Below are positions 50,201 to 59,879 of a DNA stretch of 64,000 nt, piece by piece. The notes under the pieces are model-generated. The model was not told where the DNA came from and did no database searches. It saw only the letters and a list, made by a program, of their open reading frames with translations. Every line of letters starts with the position of its first letter. Positions within the stretch are counted from its first letter, which is position 1. Source of the stretch: Rhynchopus sp. YZ270_cl-10 (Eukaryota); contig OZ037841.1 in the NCBI GenBank assembly GCA_964035575.1, positions 1,178,001 to 1,242,000 of the forward strand. The letters run 5' to 3'. The translations under genes were made by a program, and so were the position numbers.

Positions 50201-52084
50201 ATGCAGCTGTATGTGCTGTACCGTGGGGAACAACACCCTTTCGAAGTCGATGAGAGTATGGGAGAAGACCCAATAGAATACGTGTGTAGTCAGGTGGCGG
50301 CTGCAGTGGGGATCGAAGCAGATACCTTCACATTGCTGTTCGATGGGAAACCTCTGCGCGACCGAGATGACGTCATGCAACTGAGCGAGGACAACACGAT
50401 CGAGATGACTCTGCGGGAGAGTCAATGCCCGACAATGGATCTCTCTTGGTCCAACGCCCTCAGCAACAGAGGGGATGGCTTCCTCGCGCACCACACTTGG
50501 TTGACGACAATCACTCTTCCTCAAGAAAGCGACGTCGAGGATATAGGCAACGACTTCCTGTTAGGGTGCAGTGGGTTGACGACAATCGATCTCTCTGGTC
50601 TCAGCTCTGTCAGGAACCTAGGGGATGGCTTCCTCTCGAAGTGCACCTCATTGGCAACGATCACACTGCCTGAAGAGAGCGCTCTGACGGAGATAGGCAA
50701 CGACTTCCTGTGGAGGTGCAGTGGGTTGAGGACAATCAATCTCTCTGGTCTCAGCTCTGTCAGGAAAATAGGGGATGGCTTCCTCGCGAAGTGTTTCTCA
50801 TTGAGAACGATCACACTACCTGAAGAGAGCGCTGTCACGGAGATAGGCGACTGCTTCCTGTTGGAGTGCAGTGGGTTGAGCACAATGAATCTCTCTTGTT
50901 TCAGCGCTGTCAGGAACTTGGGGCGGAGCTTCCTCGCGAAGTGCACCTCATTGACAACGATCACACTACCTGAAGAGAGCGCTGTCACGGAGTTGGGAAG
51001 CGGCTTCCTGTGGGAGTGCAGTGGGTTGAGGACAATCGATCTATCTGGTCTCAGTTTGGTCACGGAGATAGGCAACGGCTTCCTGTCGGGGTGCAGTGGG
51101 TTGACGACAATAGATCTCTCTGGTCTCAGCGCTGTCAGGAACATGGGGGATGGCTTCCTCTCGAAGTGCACCTCATTGACAACGATCACACTACCTGAAG
51201 AGAGCGCCGTCACGGAGTTGGGCGGCCACTTCCTGTGGGAGTGCAGTGGGTTGACGACAATCGATCTATCTGGTCTCAGCGCTGTCACGGAGATAGGCAA
51301 GAGCTTCCTGAAGGGGTGCCGTGGGTTGACGACAATCGATCTTTTTTGTCTCAGCTCTGTCATGGAGATAGGCAACAACTTCCTGATGGGATGCAGTGGG
51401 TTGACGACGGTAGAACTCTCTTGTCTCAGCTCAGTCAGGAACTTAGGGGATGGCTTCCTCGCGAAGTGCACCTCATTGACAACGATCACACTACCTGAAG
51501 ATAGCGCTGTCACGGAGTTGGGCGGCCACTTCCTGTGGGAGTGCAGTGGGTTGACGACAATCGATCTATCTGGTCTCAGCGCTGTCACGGAGATAGGCAA
51601 GAGCTTCCTGAAGGGGTGCCGTGGGTTGACGACAATCGATCTTTTTTGTCTCAGCTCTGTCATGGAGATAGGCAACAACTTCCTGATGGGATGCAGTGGG
51701 TTGACGACGGTAGAACTCTCTTGTCTCAGCTCTGTCAGGAACTTAGGGGATGGCTTCCTCGCGAAGTGCACCTCGTTGACAACGATCACACTACCTGAAG
51801 ATAGCGCTGTCACGGAGATAGGCAACGACTTCCTGCGGGATTGCAATGGGTTGACGACACTCGATCTCTCTGGTCTCAGCTCTGTCAGGAACATAGGGGT
51901 TCGCTTCCTCGCGAACTGCTCGCTGTCATCGAGCGAATGGAAAATACTAAAGATGTTGACCGGCCACCATTCGCTGCCACCGGGTGTAAGGATAATAGCA
52001 GTGAAGCTCACCGGCAGCAGCAACGTGGTGTCTGCGCGAGTGCTATCGAGATTGGACGCAACGAAGGTGTGGCCCCAGAGGTGA
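50201..52084 (+). CDS. N-terminal ubiquitin-like domain + 20 x 25-aa BspA/TpLRR-like leucine-rich repeats
   Basis: MQLYVLYRGEQHPFEVD..LLFDGKPLRD..LSEDNTIEM fits a ubiquitin-like pattern. The repeats are LTTIDLSGLSSVRNLGDGFLxxCxx and LTTITLPEESAVTEIGxxFLxxCSG. Confidence 0.88.
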   Translation: MQLYVLYRGEQHPFEVDESMGEDPIEYVCSQVAAAVGIEADTFTLLFDGKPLRDRDDVMQLSEDNTIEMTLRESQCPTMDLSWSNALSNRGDGFLAHHTWLTTITLPQESDVEDIGNDFLLGCSGLTTIDLSGLSSVRNLGDGFLSKCTSLATITLPEESALTEIGNDFLWRCSGLRTINLSGLSSVRKIGDGFLAKCFSLRTITLPEESAVTEIGDCFLLECSGLSTMNLSCFSAVRNLGRSFLAKCTSLTTITLPEESAVTELGSGFLWECSGLRTIDLSGLSLVTEIGNGFLSGCSGLTTIDLSGLSAVRNMGDGFLSKCTSLTTITLPEESAVTELGGHFLWECSGLTTIDLSGLSAVTEIGKSFLKGCRGLTTIDLFCLSSVMEIGNNFLMGCSGLTTVELSCLSSVRNLGDGFLAKCTSLTTITLPEDSAVTELGGHFLWECSGLTTIDLSGLSAVTEIGKSFLKGCRGLTTIDLFCLSSVMEIGNNFLMGCSGLTTVELSCLSSVRNLGDGFLAKCTSLTTITLPEDSAVTEIGNDFLRDCNGLTTLDLSGLSSVRNIGVRFLANCSLSSSEWKILKMLTGHHSLPPGVRIIAVKLTGSSNVVSARVLSRLDATKVWPQR

Positions 52085-52744
52085 CAAAGGTGAGAAGCGT
52101 GGGAGGAAAGGGTAAGGGAGTGAGAGGGAGGTGGGATGAAGGGAAGGAAGGGTGGGAGGGGAGGAGGTGTAGGGGCGGCACCCTGCCCCACCTAAAAGCC
52201 CTCTAACTAAGACAGGGAAATATCTTGGGTACTTTTGCTGGTTTCATAACCAGAACGAGCTGGTTTACTGGTTTGGGGAAAACTTTTTTTAAAAAAGTGG
52301 GATTCGGCATTCAGTTTTTTGCCTCCCCCCTGCACCACTTTCCCACTTACATTGTCTGAGGAAACCCCCTTGCATTTTGCACAGCCCGAATACGGCTCAG
52401 CCAAGCCTCAGATAGATTTTCTAAACATCTAAACACTGCTTGTTTTCAGGCGTTTCCGGCCTCGTTGCATTGTATGAACACTCTCAAAAAGGTACTGTGC
52501 GTTCCTTACCCATATAAAAAGAAGTACCCCACCCCTTCTGATTGTGTCAGCTGTTCTCCGATACTTTTGACAACCCCAAACACGACTCAGTAGGGAGTCA
52601 GTTGCTGTGATCTGAAGAAGTTATCGACCAACCTCTCTGTAGCTTGACCTCCGTGTTCGATGTACCTTTTCTTGTACAGTCCATCTATAGCACAGAATAG
52701 AACACACACAGATTCACCTCCCCCCCCCCTCCTACACACCTTAC

Positions 52745-53602
52745 ATGGAATTAGTCTTTGTCGCGGACGATGGACACACCTCCACCATTGAGGTCGATAT
52801 GGACTGCACCGTTGCTGGTCTGCAGCGCTTGGTTGACCCACGTGGTAGCACCACCCTCAGCTTTGAGGGCAACACCTTGAGGGGTGGTGACGTTATGCTA
52901 GCCGATTTGGGGCTCTGCCAAGGATCAGTCCTGACTGCGGCTGTCATGGACAATGAGGCTGCGTTGAGTGCACTACGCACAGAGTTTGGCATCACAGACG
53001 CGACGTCTGCGATCACCGTTCTTTCTCAGATCGATTCTTCAGACCTCCCTAGGGCAGCACTCCTCATTGCCCAAAGCGGCATCCACAAGGAAGAAGGATT
53101 CTTGGCAAAGGCAGTCTCGCTCTTCGAAAGCCCCGAGAGCATTTCGTGTTTGCTGTCGGGGATGTCACCGGAGGAGGTCAGGGGTGGTGGGTTAACAGAG
53201 CTCGCAAGACAAGCGGTACTGCGAGGGAATGCTAGGGTATTGAGGGTACTGTTGCAAGCAGGGGTGGAGGTGGGGGATCAAGAGGAGAGGGTCTTGCCGT
53301 TCATGACGTGCGCTGCATTGTCGGGCTCGTTGACAGTGGTAAAACTCCTTGCCGAGGTGCAATGCCCTTTCCAGGTCACCAAAGGAAGTGGCGACAACAT
53401 CTTTCATACGCTAGCCAAGGCCCCTACCTATGCAATACCGAATGCCGTTCGTATAGTGAAGCATCTCCGTATGGCGTACCCAGAAGAGGTCGTCTATGCA
53501 GCAATCACCACGTCCAACGCAGCCGGGAAACACCCAAAGGAATTGGTCGCGGAGTCTGAAAAAGAGCTGTACGCGGCAGTAGGTCACATAATGTATCCCT
53601 AA
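52745..53602 (+). CDS. N-terminal ubiquitin-like domain + ankyrin-like repeats (285 aa)
   Basis: MELVFVADDGHTSTIEVDMDCTV..LSFEGNTL..LADLGLCQGSVL; AVLRGNARVLRVLLQAG, AALSGSLTVVKLLAE, GDNIFHTLA, NAAGKHPKELV. Confidence 0.82.
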   Translation: MELVFVADDGHTSTIEVDMDCTVAGLQRLVDPRGSTTLSFEGNTLRGGDVMLADLGLCQGSVLTAAVMDNEAALSALRTEFGITDATSAITVLSQIDSSDLPRAALLIAQSGIHKEEGFLAKAVSLFESPESISCLLSGMSPEEVRGGGLTELARQAVLRGNARVLRVLLQAGVEVGDQEERVLPFMTCAALSGSLTVVKLLAEVQCPFQVTKGSGDNIFHTLAKAPTYAIPNAVRIVKHLRMAYPEEVVYAAITTSNAAGKHPKELVAESEKELYAAVGHIMYP

Positions 53603-53707
53603 AAATAACGAATTTTTTTTTAAGTAAGAGAAAACCGAATGGAGTGGGAACGCTAGTGAGAGCGCAGCGGAAACGATAGTGGGAACGCAACGAGCTTTTT
53701 TCATAAT

Positions 53708-55039
53708 TGGTACTCCAGAAAAAAAAAATCCCAAGTACGCAACAACTACGCAACAAGTACGCAAAATGTACGCAAAATGGGGGTGGGCTTCATTTTTACT
53801 TTGTGGGTATTTTTTGGGTTTTTTTGGTTTTAGGGTTCCAGAAGCCAGTTTGTGCACAACATTGACCCCAAAAGTGCCGAAATCACCTGAAAGTGGCAAA
53901 AAGCAAAAGAAAAGCATGTTTTGCGGGGGGGAAAATTCCAAGGTTTTTTGCAGGGATGACCACCGCATAGGCTGTACTGTGCTGTACTGTACTGTACTGT
54001 ACTGTACTGTACTGTACTGTACTGTACTGTACTGTACTGTACTGTACTGTACTGTACTGTACTGTACTGTACTGTACTGTACTGTACTGTGTACTGTGTA
54101 CTGTGTACTGTGTACTGTGTACTGTGTACTGTGTACTGTGTACTGTGTACTGTGTACTGTGTACTGTGTACTGTGTACTGTGTACTGTGTACTGTGTACT
54201 GTGTACTGTGTACTGTGTACTGTGTACTGTGTACTGTGTACTGTGTACTGTGTACTGTGTACTGTGTACTGTGTACTGTGTACTGTGTACTGTGTACTGT
54301 GTACTGTGTACTGTGTACTGTGTACTGTGTACTGTGTACTGTGTACTGTGTACTGTGTACTGTGTACTGTGTACTGTGTACTGTGTACTGTGTACTGTGT
54401 ACTGTGTACTGTGTACTGTGTACTGTGTACTGTGTACTGTGTACTGTGTACTGTGTACTGTGTACTGTGTACTGTGTACTGTGTACTGTGTACTGTGTAC
54501 TGTGTACTGTGTACTGTGTACTGTGTACTGTGTACTGTGTACTGTGTACTGTGTACTGTGTACTGTGTACTGTGTACTGTGTACTGTGTACTGTGTACTG
54601 TGTACTGTGTACTGTGTACTGTGTACTGTGTACTGTGTACTGTGTACTGTGTACTGTGTACTGTGTACTGTGTACTGTGTACTGTGTACTGTGTACTGTG
54701 TACTGTGTACTGTGTACTGTGTACTGTGTACTGTGTACTGTGTACTGTGTACTGTGTACTGTGTACTGTGTACTGTGTACTGTGTACTGTGTACTGTGTA
54801 CTGTACGAAAATTGATCAAAAACGAGAACTTGTCCATTTCGGCAAATTGACCCCACCACTGGCCGGACGGATTCCGAAATTGCAAATGCCGGTGTTTAAA
54901 AGCTTCACCAGCGAGATTTTTTTTCAAAAAAAAAAAATACCCACAAAATGAAAATGAAGCCCCGTGCTTTCACGAAGTACGCAAGAACTACGCAACAAGT
55001 ACGCAACAAGTACGCAAAATGGGGTTATCAGGAGCACCA
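53708..55039. mobile_element. Non-autonomous TIR element (1332 bp) with TGGTACTCC..GGAGCACCA ends and 5-bp TSD ATAAT, containing a satellite
   Basis: ATAAT at 53703-53707 and 55040-55044. The duplicated flank at 56337-56522 shows the empty site (tttttcATAATgttttattc). There is an inner ~31-bp inverted repeat at 53786 / 54932-54962. Confidence 0.9.
53972..54805 (+). repeat. Compound satellite: ~23 x CTGTA followed by ~100 x CTGTGTA
   Basis: Directly visible near-perfect tandem arrays. Confidence 0.98.
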
Positions 55040-56993
55040 ATAATGTTTTATTCTTCCCCACAAAATATCACGCACAGAGAAACACTCGTTTTTCACACAG
55101 CGCGTCCGGTTATTTGTTTTTCTCAAACGACACCTTTTTTCAATTTTTTTTGACTACTAGGGGGGTGCTGTCCAGAAGCGGAAATAAGGCAGAGGTAGGT
55201 AGTTATGTATTGTTGGACCTCATTTTTGGGCATCACTAGGTTGTCGTGTATGGCAGTATTTCTTTGGGCCATTAGTACTTTCAACTTCTCATTCTTTTTT
55301 ATTGTTCTCGGCACAAAACTTTGGTAAATGAAATGTGTCTTTATGGTTTTGTCTTATTTTGCATTAAGCTGAGGGCTCTGATTTGCGCACCCGAGTCTAT
55401 CCAAAAATAGGGTTGTGCAAAAAATAGTTTTCTCACATTTTTTATTTTTGTCGGTACAAATGACCTCGGGTTCAGCCTGCGATTGTCAAAACCAAAGGTC
55501 AGACGAAGCTTTCCTCATATACCCAATCTCTATGCTCTTGGGATTTGGTGTACTGTCTGTATCCTACCCTTTTGGTGACATTGGGCGCAGAACCCGTCTC
55601 TTGGTGGTGGTTGTAAAAACAACGCAAACTTAACAATACAAATGACTTCCCCACAATCTCGACAGGGGCCCTTCTATTTTTCACTGCGCACCGTCACGAG
55701 AGGGCTTTGTATTTCATTGTTTTTTTCTTCTCATGCCGGCAGAAAGTGCTTGTTTTCTCCTCTCGCCAAGTGCACCATGGGATATTCTCCCTTTTGTGAT
55801 GATACCGTTGGACATCCCTTCTCCAACCAAACATGGTATAATTCTAATTCTAATTATGATTCCATGGAATGATGTGTGTGCACGAGAGTCACATTCGTCT
55901 TCCAAGTTTGTCTTTGGTTTGTTTTGTTTTGCAATCTCGAGGTGCAACAAAATTCGCATCTGAATGAAAGGAACCATTTCAAAGCCCCTCAACTATCTCA
56001 GGACCGCACTCAAAAAAAGGTACTGTGCGTTCCTTACTAATATAAAAAGAAATACCCCACCCCTTCTGATTGTGTCAGCCACCAAGAGGTCTCTGATATG
56101 GAACGGGACAGGGGATGGGAAGGAAGGGCAATTAGGGGCAGGGGTGGGATAGATGGTGTTGGGATGGGTTTGGTTCATTTCTTCGGCTGGTGACGAAATA
56201 TTGTTGCTGTTCCTGTGTTGTCGTTTGACCACATGGTACTAGCTGTTGCCGTGACACTCAGCTACGGTGCAGAAGAGGTTATAGGGAAGATTAAAAATGT
56301 GTTGACGTACAAAAAAGGCGCGAAATTGCTAGGGAATAAGTAAGAGAACACCGAATGGAGTGGGAACGCTAGTGAGAGCGCAGCGGAAACGATAGTGGGA
56401 ACGCAACGAGCTTTTTTCATAATGTTTTATTCTTCCCCACAAAATATCACGCACAGAGAAACACTCGTTTTTCACACAGCGCGTCCGTTTGTTTGTTTTT
56501 CTCAAACGACACCTTTTTTCAAAAATTTTCCCCGGTATCACATATGATACTGATTTCCATGGATACACATGAAAAGGAGTTCCGTGCTATTCACAGAACT
56601 CGATAGGCGATTGAGCTTATCTAACAACAACCAAAACAAAAGAAAGTACAAAGAAGAGAATAAAAAATGCAGGAAAAATAGACAAAGAGAAAAACAAAGA
56701 GATTTTGACAAAGTGAACAATAAAAAAAAATACTCAAATACACCAACGTATTCGTACTCCAAGTTTCTTGGAGTACTGTAGCTCTATTTTGTATTGTGCA
56801 TTGTGATGTATTTTCATATCAGCATCCAACTGAATTCTTGACGTATTCAGAAGGTAAACATGAGCAAAAATGAGCTGTTATTAAATACCCATCCTCTTCA
56901 CTTTTCCCTTATTACTCAAAATACGCCTTCAACACCACACACACACCACACAGACGACAAGGGGGCCGTCAGCACGCCCCCCCCGCCGTTGCA

Positions 56994-59879
56994 ATGCGTC
57001 ATCCCCCTCTTTCCCTTTTTCCTCTCCTCCTCCTCCTCCTCCTCCCCTCCCTCAGCACTGCGAAGGACATCTCTGGTGCAGTAGACTGTGCCGATGGGTC
57101 TTGCAAGGGGCTGACCTTGCAGTGTACTGCTGCCTGTGCTGTGGTATGTGGTGCCCCTGGTGTATGCAGCGGGGTTACCCTGGCATGTGAGGAAGGCGGC
57201 AAGTCCTGTGCGATAGCCTGTGGAGAGGGAGCGTGTCCTGACATGCAGGTGACTGTGCCGCAGGACAGTGCAGACGTTCGAATTGATTGTGATGGGGTAT
57301 CTAGTTGCAGTGGGTTGACAATAGAGACGACGGTGCAAGATGCAAGCAGCGTCAAATGGAATAAACCGAACGAAATCGACGTGACCTGCAAGGGAACGGA
57401 CTCCTGCAAAGGCCTGACCGCCACCGGGAAGACGAACTGGCACCTGTCGATCACCGCAGGGGCGAAGGCTGTTGTGGGCATGCAGGTCAGCGCTGCGTCG
57501 TTCTCGAGGACACAGATCTTCTGCACGGAGGGGGGCTCCTGCACTGATTCCTACATCGCAGGGGGGACGTCCAAGGTGACGGTGAGCTGTCCAGCAGTGG
57601 GCTCCTGTCTGCGTGTCTATATTCTCTGTTCGCAGATCAGCTACACCTTTGGGTCGTGCAACATCCTTTGCGACGCTACCGACCCATCCTCCACCTGCCC
57701 CGACTCCGGCTGGCAGGACCAATCCGACCACACCCTGCCCCCAGATACACCAACAACAGACGTGCCGGCAACTCCATCACCACCGACTCCATCACCACCA
57801 ACGCAGGCACCAGCAACGCAGCCACCACCGACACCATCACCACCGACTCCGTCACCACCAACCCCAGCACCACCTACTCCAGCACCGGGTACACCAGCCC
57901 CACCCACCTCAGTACCACCTTCGCCTGCGTCAGAAACACCTAAGAGCGAGGTGCCCACTGCTTCTCTTCAGCCGATCCCGCTTACCAGAACACCTACTGC
58001 AACAGCAGCGCTGACGGTCACGGCGGTCCCAACAGAGGTGCCGGTTACTCCTCCGACTCCGGTGGTGACGTCAATTCCGTTGGACATCCGCCCACGAGAG
58101 ACAGACGTGCCGCAGAGCAGCACACCCGACTCTGCACCCGAGGTGTTCCCCACTACGTCCCCGGAGGATGAGAACAGCACGACTGCTCCGCTGGGTGCGT
58201 CGGAGGCCACACGGTTTGTAGACCGCGAGGATATGATCATCAGCGTCGCAATGGTGGGTGCGTTGGTAGGGTCCTTCGTGGTGATGTCCCCCTCCAGCGC
58301 GGGCACGTTGGTCCGCATTGCATTACTCATGAATGAGATGGAGTGCCGCGCACCACAGTACGTCGGCGACCGCCTCGGCTGGGCACTGCACCCCTTAGGC
58401 TTTCCGATCGGCGACCACGAGAACCGCTACTACTACGGCGCAGTGGTGTGGAATATGTCAGCCATCTTTGCCATCTTCCTTGTCTTCAGTGTGTTCACAA
58501 TGCTGAGAAGCAACACCACAATCCGCGCATATGCTGTCGTACCTGTCTATTTTCTGCTTCCACCGACAGTTCTTTGTGGCCTTCGCCTTGCCGTATTTGC
58601 GGATCTGGCGCCTACTCGGGTGTGCATTCTTGGTCTAGGTGCTGCAACATTCTGCATGATATTGCCTCTTCTCATTAATCGCAGGGTTTTTCACACTAAA
58701 GTCTTCAAAGCAGACTTCTCCAAGGACCCTGAAGCTAGCAAATCAAAAATCTACAAATTCTTCTTTGGCTCTGAGATGTGGACCTCCCGCTTCTTCGGCC
58801 GCCTCTTCCTTGCTAAGAACCGTGCCTACTTCGAGCTATACCACGACACCATGCGCAAATTCGTTCTCGCCGACGTCAGCGCAAGCCTGCTCCTGGCTGC
58901 CATCCTCTCTTGGCACCCTGTCGGCCCCTCCGACGAATGCATTGCACGCAACACCGTCGCCACCGGGGTGCTGTGCCTCTTCTGCATCGCCACGCTTCTC
59001 GCACGCCCTTACATTGCAGCCTACGACAACCTCTTTGCAGGTCTCGTTTCCACCATTCTTGCCTCCACCGCAGTCGTCGGCACTATGGAGATGTCCGGCA
59101 GCCAATCATGGGTGAGCGGGCTGCCTAAGGGCCTTCTCATTGGCGCAGCTCTGCTTGCTATTATCAAATCCCTTTGTGATGTGGTGCTTCTTTTCAAAGG
59201 AAGCAGACGCGGTAGACGCAAACGTGGCGACGACTGCGACGCAGATGAGGACGACAACTGCGACGGTCTCGTCTGCTGCGACACTGCAATCAATGCGGAA
59301 GAAATGCAAGAGCTCGGCGCCTCCCTCAGCTTCAACAGTCCCACCCCTGCGCCCTACCATGCGCACGAAACCGACAGTGAAGACGACCTCTCAACTGACG
59401 CCGATGCTGCCTACGTCGCCGCAAGAGAAGACATGCGCAGAGTCACCTGCCTTCTCAAAACTGTCATCAGCAAAGAAGGGGTCGACACTGCCTTTGCTGC
59501 TAGCGTTTCTTCGGGAGACCCGATGTGTACCCCTACACCGTTGGGGTCGAACAGACAGAATCGGGTCAGTCTGTTGACAGACGCTGTGCCAACAAGGAAT
59601 TCAAGTGGACTCAGCGAGGCTTTACTACCTCAAGCGCGGAGTGGAGGCGAGATGGGGTCTCCAGCCTCCCCAGCCTCTCCAAGTGGTTCGTTGATGAGCG
59701 CGAGTCTTGGGTTACCCCTTCCAGTTCTTGGGTCACGCTTCGGTGCAGTCGGTGCAGTAGGAGTAGGTGGCACCCTCCCACCTCGCGACCGAGGCACACT
59801 GCAAAGCATCATGGAAGGCACTCCTGCGACACCACGTCTGCAACTCTCACACGACGCATTTCATACCGCGTTGCTGTAA
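56994..59879 (+). CDS. Surface protein: signal peptide, Cys/Gly-rich head (beta-solenoid-like C-x5-C repeats), Pro/Thr stalk, ~7-TM domain, disordered tail
   Basis: Leu-rich signal; V/I-x-C-x5-C repeats; PPTPS/PPTPA stalk; LGWALHPLGFPIG..GAVVWN, FFFGSEMW and RPYIAAYDN match the other three paralogues. Confidence 0.88.
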   Translation: MRHPPLSLFPLLLLLLLPSLSTAKDISGAVDCADGSCKGLTLQCTAACAVVCGAPGVCSGVTLACEEGGKSCAIACGEGACPDMQVTVPQDSADVRIDCDGVSSCSGLTIETTVQDASSVKWNKPNEIDVTCKGTDSCKGLTATGKTNWHLSITAGAKAVVGMQVSAASFSRTQIFCTEGGSCTDSYIAGGTSKVTVSCPAVGSCLRVYILCSQISYTFGSCNILCDATDPSSTCPDSGWQDQSDHTLPPDTPTTDVPATPSPPTPSPPTQAPATQPPPTPSPPTPSPPTPAPPTPAPGTPAPPTSVPPSPASETPKSEVPTASLQPIPLTRTPTATAALTVTAVPTEVPVTPPTPVVTSIPLDIRPRETDVPQSSTPDSAPEVFPTTSPEDENSTTAPLGASEATRFVDREDMIISVAMVGALVGSFVVMSPSSAGTLVRIALLMNEMECRAPQYVGDRLGWALHPLGFPIGDHENRYYYGAVVWNMSAIFAIFLVFSVFTMLRSNTTIRAYAVVPVYFLLPPTVLCGLRLAVFADLAPTRVCILGLGAATFCMILPLLINRRVFHTKVFKADFSKDPEASKSKIYKFFFGSEMWTSRFFGRLFLAKNRAYFELYHDTMRKFVLADVSASLLLAAILSWHPVGPSDECIARNTVATGVLCLFCIATLLARPYIAAYDNLFAGLVSTILASTAVVGTMEMSGSQSWVSGLPKGLLIGAALLAIIKSLCDVVLLFKGSRRGRRKRGDDCDADEDDNCDGLVCCDTAINAEEMQELGASLSFNSPTPAPYHAHETDSEDDLSTDADAAYVAAREDMRRVTCLLKTVISKEGVDTAFAASVSSGDPMCTPTPLGSNRQNRVSLLTDAVPTRNSSGLSEALLPQARSGGEMGSPASPASPSGSLMSASLGLPLPVLGSRFGAVGAVGVGGTLPPRDRGTLQSIMEGTPATPRLQLSHDAFHTALL

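Noticed and set aside
53411..54951. Long ORFs (STQYTVH / VLCTVYC repeats) on both strands
   Set aside because: These are translations of a stop-free 5/7-bp satellite inside a transposon.
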